DNA of 64,000 bases from an uncultured Nitrososphaerales archaeon. GTDB lineage: Archaea > Thermoproteota > Nitrososphaeria > Nitrososphaerales > Nitrososphaeraceae. The notes beneath the pieces are model-generated. The model saw only the letters and a list, made by a program, of their open reading frames with translations. It searched no databases and had not been told where the DNA came from. Position 1 is the first letter of the stretch. The number at the start of each line of letters is the position of its first letter. Made by a program: the position numbers and the translations under genes. Location: the NCBI GenBank assembly GCA_963841565.1, contig CAWJCY010000012.1, positions 160,001 to 224,000 of the forward strand, given 5' to 3'. Of this stretch, positions 42,871-52,707 are shown piece by piece.

Positions 42871-43939
42871 ATGAAAGTATGGCTTGATATTTTGACGCCC
42901 AAACAGGTTATGTTTTTCAAACCACTAGTTGATTCCCTCATGAAAGGTGGCCACGATGTCCTTTCTACTTCTAGAGATTATCGGGAAGCGACTGAGCTTG
43001 CGAGAATAAAGAATCTTGAAATAAAGGTAGTTGGTAAGCACGGAGGAGAAGGTAAATACGACAAGCTAAGAGCAAGCGCGTCCCGTGTATTTGAATTAGC
43101 TGAAATAGTACGAGCGTTTGAACCAGATTTGGCAATTACATTTTCCTCACCCGAAGGAGCGCGAGTTTCATTTGGACTAGGAATCAAACACTATTGTTTC
43201 AATGATTCTCCACATGCTATCGCTGTTTCAAAGCTGACGGCGCCATTAACAGATTTACTCTTTTGTCCATGGGTAATCCCTTACTCTGCATGGAATAGGT
43301 TTGGCTTACCAAAGACGAAAATCGTAAGATACAAAGGATTAGACCCTGTAGCGTGGCTTAAACGGAGTGCTAGACAACCCCGCTCAAATCCTAAGGATAT
43401 GATTTATGGAAACGGAAATAAGAAGAAGATTCTAGTGAGATTAGAAGAATCAAAGGCGAGCCTACTTAACTGAGAGTTCGGTTAAGAAAAATGGTTACAT
43501 TTTTCTTGATAGTCTAGTCAAATCGATTCACGAATCTGCAAATATTGTGGTTATCTGCCGATACTCTGATCAGGTGACAAAGGTTAATGAGAGGTATCAA
43601 GATAAGGTTTCCGTTGTAGGAAACGTTATTGATGGGACATCTGCGATAAATTCTTGTGACCTATTTATAGGAGCTGGAGGAACAATGACTGCTGAGGCTT
43701 GTCTCATGGGCAAGCCTGCTATCTCTATAACTCCCATTTCTTTCTACGTGGAGAGGTATCTGTTAAAAACCGGGCTGCTTTTAAAGGCACTAAAGCCAAC
43801 TGATCTTGTAAAACTTGCTACAAAGATTCTCAAAGATCCAAGTAGATCCTCCAGTCAAAAACAGAACGCAAAGCTAATCTTGGAGAAAATGGAAGATCCT
43901 ATCCAGACAATCTTGCGACTTATCTTAGCTCACCAGTAA
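42871..43939 (+). CDS. DUF354 family GT-B-fold protein (+1 frameshift near 43461)
   Basis: MKVWLDILTPKQVMFF, VGKHGG, FNDSPHA and FIGAGGTMTAEA motifs. Confidence 0.85.
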
Positions 43940-43980
43940 CATTATTAAAGTTACTGCTTCTTCAATAGAAGAAGCCCGGA

Positions 43981-44075
43981 AGCCCGGTAGAGTGTATCAA
44001 GTTTACGCCGAATGTAGTGGCCAAGCATAGAGGCCTTTGGAGCCTTTGACCCCAGTTCGAATCTGGGCCGGGCTA
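43981..44075 (+). tRNA. tRNA-Gln(UUG) with 22-nt non-canonical intron at 10/11 (43991-44012)
   Basis: Removing AGTGTATCAAGTTTACGCCGAA gives a 73-nt cloverleaf with AGCCCGG/CCGGGCT acceptor and GAGGC-CTTTGGA-GCCTT; BHB with CGGT/GCCG helix. Confidence 0.9.
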
Positions 44076-44147
44076 TACTCTTTTGATCCATTAACAGAAA
44101 TTATGTCTCTAAATCATTTTTGCCTATAGGAATGGCCTACCGATCGG

Positions 44148-45638
44148 CTACGACTCGGGTGAATCTATATATGATTTGACGATTTTAGATAAATCGTCGT
44201 ACGCTTTATCAATAGCCTTCTTTCTCTTTTCCGTTCTATCCCTGAAGTTGATTACCCTCATCTTATTGTGAAGAATCATTTCAACCTGCTCTGAGTGATT
44301 TGGTGAACCTTTTGATTTCCTCAAACCCAACAAGTTCTCGGCGCCGCATGCAACAATTATTTCTTTTAATGATTCTAATGGAACCTTATATCCTGATGCT
44401 TGTAACAGCTGTTCAATTTCTCTGCTGCAAAGATCCTCTAGTCTGCGCTTCCCGTTGCAAATAGCCAATTTTACGAGAGAACCTACGAGTTTGTGTGCGG
44501 ACCTAAAGTCTAAATACTGTTTTGAAGTCAAGAGTTCCGCCACATCAATCGCATTAGCGAAACTACTTTTAGCAACCTCTAACATTCTGGTTTTGTGAAC
44601 TATAGAGGATTCAATGACAAACCTTAACATACTTAATGAACTAGCAGTCGTTGCAGTCGAAGAGAAAACAAGTCCTTTCAGTTCCTGTAAATCCCTACTA
44701 TATCCCGATGGCAAGCCTTTTAATATTGCCATCGAAGCAACAAGATTTCCTAGAATTGTTCCTGATTTCGACCTCAGTACCTCTAGCGGATCAGGATTTT
44801 TCTTTTGAGGCATTGCACTAGAGGTTGAGCTGGCAGAATCAGCGAGTTCAATATATCTGAACTCATCAGTAGTCCAGAGAATAAGATCCTCAGAGATCCG
44901 GCTTAAAGTAATCAGAACAATGCTGAGGCAAGAGAGATATTCCAGAATAATGTCCCTAGAACTTGTTGCATCTATGCTGTTGATACTCAATTGATCGAAT
45001 CCTAGTAGCGAAGCCGTTCGATTTCGATCTACGGAAAAAGTAGACCCTCCAATGGCCAACGAACCAAGGGGTGACTGATTAATCCTGCTGTATATTTCCT
45101 CTAGTCTTTCCATGTCACGAAAGAGCGACTCCGTGTAGGAGAGGAGATAGTGGGAAAATGTTCCGATCTGTGCATGCTGAAGATGAGTGTAAAGTAACAT
45201 TACCGTCTCTTTGTTAGAATCAGCACTTTTAAGCAGGGATTCTACCAAGTCGCCTAACAGACCACTGACTTCATTGATATCATTTCTGACCTTCATCCTA
45301 AGATCAGTCATTACCTGATCATTTCTGGACCTGGCGGTCTGTAACATCCCGCCCTTACTTATCCCTATTTTCTCGACTACATAAGACTCTACAGACTCAT
45401 GGACATCCTCATGCTCATTTTTTTTCATGACTGACTTAGGATGAAGTTTCGCCTCCTCCAACGCCTGCAAGAGCTCAACTAATTCTTCCCTCGACAAATA
45501 GCCAATCTCGTGCAGCATTATCACATGAGCCTCACTCCCAATTATATCATAGAGGAAAATTGCGAAGTCATCCTTTAGTGAAGAAACGTAATTCAAAATC
45601 TCTCGATCGATTGAACCTTCCGGTCTAGATCTATACAT
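44148..45638 (-). CDS. argH: Argininosuccinate lyase
   Basis: EDVHE, TARSRNDQ, YTHLQHAQ and SSAMPQKKNPD motifs. Confidence 0.96.
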   Translation of the reverse strand: MYRSRPEGSIDREILNYVSSLKDDFAIFLYDIIGSEAHVIMLHEIGYLSREELVELLQALEEAKLHPKSVMKKNEHEDVHESVESYVVEKIGISKGGMLQTARSRNDQVMTDLRMKVRNDINEVSGLLGDLVESLLKSADSNKETVMLLYTHLQHAQIGTFSHYLLSYTESLFRDMERLEEIYSRINQSPLGSLAIGGSTFSVDRNRTASLLGFDQLSINSIDATSSRDIILEYLSCLSIVLITLSRISEDLILWTTDEFRYIELADSASSTSSAMPQKKNPDPLEVLRSKSGTILGNLVASMAILKGLPSGYSRDLQELKGLVFSSTATTASSLSMLRFVIESSIVHKTRMLEVAKSSFANAIDVAELLTSKQYLDFRSAHKLVGSLVKLAICNGKRRLEDLCSREIEQLLQASGYKVPLESLKEIIVACGAENLLGLRKSKGSPNHSEQVEMILHNKMRVINFRDRTEKRKKAIDKAYDDLSKIVKSYIDSPES

Positions 45639-46069
45639 AGGTTAAACGAACAGTACCCTGATTTAATATTTTGCTGATGCTTTAATGATCTGATCTCCTA
45701 AATGGAAATTAGAAATAATATAAAACCTGATACTTGGGTTGTCAATTGTGACCCTCTAAAATTGAAGAATATTGCATCCGGTGTAAAACTTTTATCAGTG
45801 CAGTTCTTTTACATGGTAACTTCATTCATAGAATTTGTTCTAGTTAGACCGGCTACAAGAAATGAAGAGTTATCGGGGATAGAAAAATGCTCTTAATGGC
45901 TGCTTAAATACTGTTATCGCTCGATCGAATCGAATCTAGTCACCATCTTAGTTTGTGGCTTGAGCAAAAGTTGAGCTGAGGTAGAATATAAAAACAAGAT
46001 AATTGGCTCGACTGGAAGGCACTCAGCTCGTTAATAGTTATATATCGATTGTTACAAATCAAAGGAGAG

Positions 46070-46390
46070 ATGGATCAGGACATTCAACAAGTGAAAAGAC
46101 AGATTTTCGACGAACTCACCAAGATCGTAGACCCAGAGATAGGGGTTTCAATTATGGAGTTGGAGCTGATCGACAAGGTCGATATAAATGAAGGTAATGT
46201 GGATATAGATTTGCATCTCACGAGTCCTTTCTGTCCAGCCGTTTTCGGTTTCAAGATAGCACAGGATGTCAGGGACAACGTTTACAAGCTGAATGGAATC
46301 GAAGGAGTCAAAGTGAACGTCAGCAATCACTTCATGGCAGAAGCTATCAACAAACAGGTGAATGAGAGCAACCCGCCTGCAAAAACGTGA
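46070..46390 (+). CDS. DUF59/MIP18 Fe-S cluster assembly protein
   Basis: IVDPEIGVSIMELELI and LTSPFCP motifs; GGAG upstream of the ATG at 46070. Confidence 0.9.
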   Translation: MDQDIQQVKRQIFDELTKIVDPEIGVSIMELELIDKVDINEGNVDIDLHLTSPFCPAVFGFKIAQDVRDNVYKLNGIEGVKVNVSNHFMAEAINKQVNESNPPAKT

Positions 46391-46508
46391 AGAAAAGTAT
46401 GAGTGATATGCAAGTCCCCACGCTCTAGTGTCGCTTGAGGTGTACGTGAAATAAACTGGTTCTCCCCACATTCGCCGCAAAGCATGAATGCAATACGCTA
46501 ATCGGTAT

Positions 46509-47357
46509 TCAAATTTTGCCCAAGGTTCTAGTTCGGGATTCAGCTAATTTCTTGTCATTTTTCGAGAAGCTTAAAAGATGTCCTCGAAGCAATTGGATTC
46601 CAAGCGCGGGATCCACTCCTTTTGGACACACTACACTACAAGAACCTGCAAAATGACACCTCCAAATGCCATGTTTGCTGTCTACGATGTTCAATCTGGA
46701 CTGGGTGGCATCATCTCGGTTGTCGGCAACATAGCGATACGCCTGGGCTAATGCCTGGGGGCCTGGGAACTTCGTATCCGATCCCACGGAAGGGCACGCA
46801 GAGTAACATAAGCCACACTTTATACAATATGAAAATTGCAAATAATTTTCGACATCTTCAGGCGTTTGTATAAATTCTGTGAGGTTGTTCTTGTCAACAA
46901 TATTTGCATTTTGATTGTGGATAAAGGGCTCCATTGCACGATGGTGCTCAAAAAAATCTGAAAAATCGCCGACTAGGTCCCTGATTATTGGAAAATTAGG
47001 GAGAGGCTCACAAGTAATCATATTCTCATCAATTTCAGAGACCTTGGTATAGCATGCGAGTCTTGGTATTCCATTTATCTTCATGCCACAGGATCCGCAA
47101 GATGCCATTCTACAAGAATACCGTATCGCTATGCTTTTGTCTAGATAGCTTTTGGCATACAACAAGGCATCCAAAACAGTTGTCCAACGCTGAACGGGTA
47201 CTTCAAACTTGTCATAATGTGAGGATTTGCCTTGCTTGGGGTTCTTCCTATAGACTTTTAAATGGACTACCTTCCGGTCGCTCTCAACTTTACCCTCCTT
47301 TTTCTCATCACGCACTAGCTTCGTTCGGCTAGTCTTAATGTTAAGAAGCGCTGTCAT
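46509..47357 (-). CDS. sdhB: Succinate dehydrogenase Fe-S subunit
   Basis: SCRMASCGSC, CIKCGLCYSACP and CHFAGSCSVVCP motifs. Confidence 0.95.
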   Translation of the reverse strand: MTALLNIKTSRTKLVRDEKKEGKVESDRKVVHLKVYRKNPKQGKSSHYDKFEVPVQRWTTVLDALLYAKSYLDKSIAIRYSCRMASCGSCGMKINGIPRLACYTKVSEIDENMITCEPLPNFPIIRDLVGDFSDFFEHHRAMEPFIHNQNANIVDKNNLTEFIQTPEDVENYLQFSYCIKCGLCYSACPSVGSDTKFPGPQALAQAYRYVADNRDDATQSRLNIVDSKHGIWRCHFAGSCSVVCPKGVDPALGIQLLRGHLLSFSKNDKKLAESRTRTLGKI

Positions 47358-47365
47358 TATGTCGA

Positions 47366-47713
47366 TTAACCCAAGCCATTTGCGATTATTATTGTTCTCG
47401 TTCCGTATGCAATTAGTGCAATCATAGCAACTAGCGTGAAAACAGTCACTCCGTTTTCCCAAGCCATATTCTGTCTAAATTCTATTAAAATAATTCTCAA
47501 TCCATTGAATCCATGAATGGCAATCAGAACAAGAATGGATTCCAAGAGCACTGCGTATGCAATATTCTGATAATTCGCAATGACATTCTCATATTCTAAA
47601 CTCATAGAAAAGGGCATAACCAGTCTCATAATGATGTGCACAGCCACAACAAAGAGGGCAGCAATTCCAGAGATGTAGTGAATCTTCATTATTTGACTTT
47701 CTTTCAAAATCAA
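47366..47713 (-). CDS. sdhD: Succinate dehydrogenase membrane anchor subunit D
   Basis: Three TM helices, HGFNGLR motif, position within the sdh operon. Confidence 0.88.
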   Translation of the reverse strand: MILKESQIMKIHYISGIAALFVVAVHIIMRLVMPFSMSLEYENVIANYQNIAYAVLLESILVLIAIHGFNGLRIILIEFRQNMAWENGVTVFTLVAMIALIAYGTRTIIIANGLG

Positions 47714-47756
47714 GGTGTTTTACAATAACCTCCTATTCTCCAATATATGAATTAGT

Positions 47757-48227
47757 CTATTCACCTGCAAACAAAATACTTGCACCGTATAACATCGCAG
47801 TAACCGCCAGAAGCAAGGCTATCCAGATTCCTGATTTTTGTCGATAATTCAGCGAAACGGGTGAGTATGGATAGTCAGGCCTACCTGGTTTACCTAGTCC
47901 TCTACCAGTTTCAGTAAATAACAATCGGATCCCATTGGCGGAGTGAAAAGTACTTGTTCCAATTACCAAAATCAGGAATAGATGCCCCCATGTAGTCTGG
48001 GTCAGTTCCAACATGGCGTTCCATGCATCTTTTCCATCAACTAAAGAGCTGGTTTCAATTACATGTCCAACAAAATATATCAGCAGGAATACGCCTGTTA
48101 AGCGCTGGAGCCAATATGAAATTCTCTCCCAACCGTATCTTGAAGGGTTGAGCCAGGCTCTGAGACCTTCACGGTTTTCACGCTTATTGCTGTCCGAGTA
48201 GATCCTATCTTCATTAGATGATTTCAT
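47757..48227 (-). CDS. sdhC: Succinate dehydrogenase cytochrome b subunit C
   Basis: LQRLTG and FHSANGIR motifs; TM helices. Confidence 0.9.
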   Translation of the reverse strand: MKSSNEDRIYSDSNKRENREGLRAWLNPSRYGWERISYWLQRLTGVFLLIYFVGHVIETSSLVDGKDAWNAMLELTQTTWGHLFLILVIGTSTFHSANGIRLLFTETGRGLGKPGRPDYPYSPVSLNYRQKSGIWIALLLAVTAMLYGASILFAGE

Positions 48228-49943
48228 TAGTATTTCCTCTCAACTGGTGCATACCTAGTTACCCTTACTGGATGCCAACGTAATTTAGGTTCTTCATGAG
48301 CGTAGTACGCAAGCGTATGTTTCAGATAATTTACGTCGTCTCGACTTGGATAATCAATTCTTGCATGAGCTCCCCTTGACTCTTGGCGGTTTAGTGCGCC
48401 CATCAAGACAATTTCAGAGATTCGTGCTATTGAATCGATTTCCATGACATTGATGTAGTTAGTGTTGTATTCGTTGGCCTTGTCGTCCACATGCCTCCAA
48501 GATGTACGTTTCAATTCCTTTACTTCTTTTAACGCTTCGGCTAACGTATTTCCATCCCGAAACACATATGCCTTAGAATCCATTAAATCGGCAAGTCTTT
48601 TCTTGATTTCGTAAGGATTCATATCGCCTCTACCGTGGAATATGCCATCATAGATCCTTTTCTCCTCTTCTAATACTTGTTGTTCAGGCACAGTCATATT
48701 TCAATCCTTGGCCCTTTGAGCATATTCAGCAGCATGCCTTCCAGTAATATTACCCCATACGAGACATTCAGATGTAGAGTTTGCTCCCAGCCTATTTGCA
48801 CCATGGGTACTATTGCAGGCTGCTTCCCCAGCACACCAAAGGCCACTCATTTCTGTTTCACCTTCAATATTTGTATGTATTCCTCCCATCATATAGTGGC
48901 AAACAGGTCTAACCTCAATTGGTTCATGAATTACATCAATCCCTGAAAACTTTATACCTATTTCCCTAATTCCTGCTAATTTTTCTTTAATGCGTTCACC
49001 TCCCAGATGTGAGAGATCGAGCTTAAGACATTCTATTCCAGTCTCGTGTTTGAAGCCCCTCCCTTCTTGTATCTCACGAATCATAGCCCGGGATACAACA
49101 TCTCTGGGAGCGAGTTCAAGTTTCTCTGGGGCATATCGCTTCATGAATCGCTCTCCTTGATTATTTACAAGGTATCCGCCTTCTCCTCTGGCACCCTCGG
49201 TAATTAAGATCCCAGATGGCAGAATCCCACTTGGATGAAATTGCACAAATTCCATATCTTTTAGTGCTAATCCTTTTCTGTATGCCATATCCAAGCCATC
49301 TGGTGTTGAAGAATGAGCATAGGTAGAAAAGCCGTAGATTCGACCCGCACCTCCAGTACAAATGATTCCAGCCAAAGACTTGATTATTATGAACTGGCCA
49401 GTCTTCAACTCAATAGCTGTGAATCCTCGAAAACTAGATCCATCAGATACGATCGAAGTACAGAACCATTCGTTTAGAAAATGGATGTTCTCATGTTTCA
49501 GGCAAGTATCATACAAAGTTTGCATCTCATAAAATCCTACCTTATCTTGAGCATACGTCGCACGAGGGAATGAGTATCCCCCGAATTTCCGCTGATCGAT
49601 CCTTCCATCAGACCTTCGCGACCATGGCATTCCCCAATGATCTCAGCTGATATATTTCGTATGGTACGTTGGAGACTAGCCGTTCTGCAACATCTTGGTC
49701 AGCGAGAAAATCACTACCTCTAATTGTATCATAAATATGAGATTCTCTATTGTCTCCTTCTTCTTCAAATAGCACTGCGGCTGTTCCCCCTTCCGCAGAA
49801 ACGGAGTGAGAACGCATCACCTGAACTTTAGAGATTACAGCTATCCTCAAACCCTTGTCCACTGACGCAGCAGAAATAGCAGCTCGAAGTCCCGCTAGGC
49901 CAGATCCCATTATTAAAACATCATAGGAGAGAACCTCAGTCAA
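48227..49943 (-). CDS. sdhA: Succinate dehydrogenase flavoprotein (+1 frameshift near 49643, in-frame TGA at 48701-48703)
   Basis: GSGLAG, RSHSVSAEGG (FAD-His), QFHP, TEGARGEGG, HYMMGG, HGANRLG and ESRGAH motifs, spread over three ORFs. Confidence 0.93.
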
Positions 49944-50097
49944 TCATGAAAACACCTAGTGAAGATATCGTGAACTGCAATTCTCATAAATACCTTTGTC
50001 AATGTAATAGAAAATCTGTATTAATTTGCTTTTAAGATCACTAATCCACTTGCCAGAGCAGAAGTTTATTTACTTGTGGAATTTTTAGATCATCCAG

Positions 50098-50355
50098 ATG
50101 CACATTGCCTATTCAGGAAAGGTCTTCTTTGCACCAAACACATCAGATAAGCAGATCATTGATCTGGCCAAGAAACGGTTAGTGGAAAGTGGGATCAAGG
50201 AAGAACACATACAGGTCAATTATAATGTCCAAGAGCTTGAAGTCGACGACTTGTACATTAGTTACGAGCCTCCCCATCTAGTTATCAGGAACGTCTATGA
50301 AAAGAAAAGTTCAGGGATGATAAAAATGAGAAATACGGGTATGATAGAGATATAG
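50098..50355 (+). CDS. Small hypothetical protein
   Basis: 85-aa ORF with ATG start and an AT-rich promoter-like upstream region. Confidence 0.7.
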   Translation: MHIAYSGKVFFAPNTSDKQIIDLAKKRLVESGIKEEHIQVNYNVQELEVDDLYISYEPPHLVIRNVYEKKSSGMIKMRNTGMIEI

Positions 50356-50362
50356 GATCAAT

Positions 50363-51658
50363 TCAGTTGCTTGATCGAAGCATTTCCGAAACAAGTTCGG
50401 GAACTTGAATTACATTTCCTTTCACTTCCTGACCACTGACTAAATTTTTTATCGTTATGTTGTTTTCACTTCCCTTGTGCGCCGCTCTCACCAAAATGGT
50501 AGCACCTATAGAGGATCCATAATCCAGTTGCTTTCTGAAAGATCGGGCTCTACTGTCGTAGTCTGCTGGTATCCCTGCGCCTCTCAATTCTGAAACTAGT
50601 TTCAACACGAATTTTTTATCATCATGCTCTGAAACAACAAAGACTAATGGCTTGACTTTGACCTTCAACAAGCCATGTTGGCTTAATACATTCAAAAGAC
50701 GCTCGACCCCTCCTGCTACCCCAATTGCACCTATATCATTTCGATCAAAGGCAGATGTCAATATATCAAAGCGGCCACCACCGGCCAATGCGCCTATCGT
50801 GGAGGAGGGATCAAATATCTCGAAAACAGTTCCTGAATAATAGTCAAGCCCTCGGACTATTCCTAGGTTAATTCTTACGTTGCTAACACCTCTTGTCGAC
50901 AGTGAGCTTTCCAATTCACGGAGGGATTGCCATTTGGGTAATTTACTTAGTTTCGTGGCTTGATCTTCAATTTCATTTATTGTCCCAATTTGAGAAGATA
51001 GTTCTAGCAAGGGCTTGAGTAACGAAGGGTTGATCTTATTTGTATATTCATTATAAACAGCTTCTCTTCCCTTCTTCTGAACCTTGTCCATTGCTCTGAA
51101 GACATCAAATACTAATTGGGGATCCGACACACCTAGTTCTTGCTTCATGTACTGTTCCAGCAGTTCCCTATGACTAATATCAATTGTAACTTTCAATCCC
51201 AAATTTTCAAAAAAGGAAGCGGCTAGCTGAATTACTTCGGCTTCGTGCTCTAAGTTATATGTGTCATAAAGCTCTACATCCCATTGATAAAAATATCTGT
51301 ATCTTCCTGCCTGGGGTTCGTCGTACCTCCAAACTCCCCCAAATGCGGCTGCTTTGATGGGTAATTTCATTTCTCTCCTCTGAGATATGTAACGGGTTAG
51401 TCCGACAGTGAGATCGAACCTCAGCGCAACTTCTCTCCCGCCTTTGTCTTGGAAATTATAGATTTCTTTGGAAATGGTAGGGCCCCCTTTAGCTTCAAGT
51501 GTAGAAAGCATTTCCAATGGAGAAGGCTCAAGTATTTTGAAATTAAACAGTTTTGCAGTTCGCATAAATCGATTTCTGATATAGTTGATATTAGACAAAT
51601 CGTCAGCGTCCATATCTCTCATCCCACGCGGAAGGCTCAATCTCACAACACAGACCAA
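50363..51658 (-). CDS. hisS: Histidyl-tRNA synthetase
   Basis: LPRGMRD, LRFDLT, WRYDEPQAGRYR, RGLDYYSG and GGGRFD motifs. Confidence 0.95.
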   Translation of the reverse strand: MVCVVRLSLPRGMRDMDADDLSNINYIRNRFMRTAKLFNFKILEPSPLEMLSTLEAKGGPTISKEIYNFQDKGGREVALRFDLTVGLTRYISQRREMKLPIKAAAFGGVWRYDEPQAGRYRYFYQWDVELYDTYNLEHEAEVIQLAASFFENLGLKVTIDISHRELLEQYMKQELGVSDPQLVFDVFRAMDKVQKKGREAVYNEYTNKINPSLLKPLLELSSQIGTINEIEDQATKLSKLPKWQSLRELESSLSTRGVSNVRINLGIVRGLDYYSGTVFEIFDPSSTIGALAGGGRFDILTSAFDRNDIGAIGVAGGVERLLNVLSQHGLLKVKVKPLVFVVSEHDDKKFVLKLVSELRGAGIPADYDSRARSFRKQLDYGSSIGATILVRAAHKGSENNITIKNLVSGQEVKGNVIQVPELVSEMLRSSN

Positions 51659-51733
51659 CCTTCGTGACCATTTAGATTTTACTCCTAGTTCGACACATTA
51701 TTATTATTCAACTCTCATTGACAACTAGCAAAG

Positions 51734-52180
51734 TTGGACTCCGAAGGGTACAAATATTTGGAGCATAGCACAGACGCTCTTGTTCAAGCCCATGGGAGCG
51801 GTTTGGAAGTGCTTTTCGAAAATTGTGCCAAGGGATTAGTTAACATCATGTTTGATATTGACAAGGTGGAAAACCGCCAATTTAGGACGATCACAGCTAG
51901 TGGCGAAGATCTTGAAAATCTCCTTTTCGACTGGTTAGAAAAGGTCTTGTTGAAAATCCTCATTGATCAGATCGTGTTGTCAAGATTTTCCATTAAAATT
52001 TCTCAAAAAGATGCAAACGTCGCAGAAAAAAAGTATCTTCTCAAAGCACATGTAGGAGGGGAAAAAGTCAGCTATAGTAAGCATAACTACAAAATAGAGA
52101 TCAAAGCAATCACTTACCATGAATTGAAAATACAACATATAGGACCTAATTATATTGCAACATTCTTGGTTGACTTGTAA
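51734..52180 (+). CDS. Archease (RtcB cofactor)
   Basis: YLEHSTD, EIKAITYH and C-terminal VDL. Confidence 0.94.
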   Translation: MDSEGYKYLEHSTDALVQAHGSGLEVLFENCAKGLVNIMFDIDKVENRQFRTITASGEDLENLLFDWLEKVLLKILIDQIVLSRFSIKISQKDANVAEKKYLLKAHVGGEKVSYSKHNYKIEIKAITYHELKIQHIGPNYIATFLVDL

Positions 52181-52297
52181 AAATCCTTTCTTTATCCATA
52201 ATTGAGGATTTTATTAGCCTTGAATTTTTAGAACGGTGGATTGAACCAATCGGATAAGTCTTAAATATGCATGATAACTTTTAATGAATGTATCATT

Positions 52298-52633
52298 ATG
52301 AGTGAAGTAAATAAGCCAGCTTTGATGGAGCTTAACGATAAGAACTTCGAGGAGAATATATCTGGCGATAAACCTGTATTGGTCGATTTTTGGGCAACTT
52401 GGTGCGGACCCTGTCAGTTTATGCTGCCTATCTTCGACAGGCTATCTAAGAAATATGGTCAGAAAGTCACATTCGGTAGGCTGAATGTGGACGATAATCA
52501 GGGAGTAGCCATGAGATATGACGTGTACGCTATACCAACATTCATAATCTTTATGAACGGGAAGGCCATCGACAGAGCAGTAGGTGCTGTAGGAGAAAAG
52601 GGCCTAGAAGGCTTGTTACAGAAGTATCAGTGA
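52298..52633 (+). CDS. trxA: Thioredoxin
   Basis: VDFWATWCGPC and cis-Pro IPT motifs. Confidence 0.96.
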   Translation: MSEVNKPALMELNDKNFEENISGDKPVLVDFWATWCGPCQFMLPIFDRLSKKYGQKVTFGRLNVDDNQGVAMRYDVYAIPTFIIFMNGKAIDRAVGAVGEKGLEGLLQKYQ

Positions 52634-52707
52634 TATTTCTCACGTAGTTTGCATGAATTTCTATTTCTAACTGAGAACTAAGTAGGGTCGAGCCATTCCC
52701 AAGCAAG

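Noticed and set aside
3698-49943. Programmed ribosomal frameshifting or pseudogenes as explanation for split genes
   Set aside because: No shared slippery motif, core genes are affected, and the insertion bias fits sequencing error.
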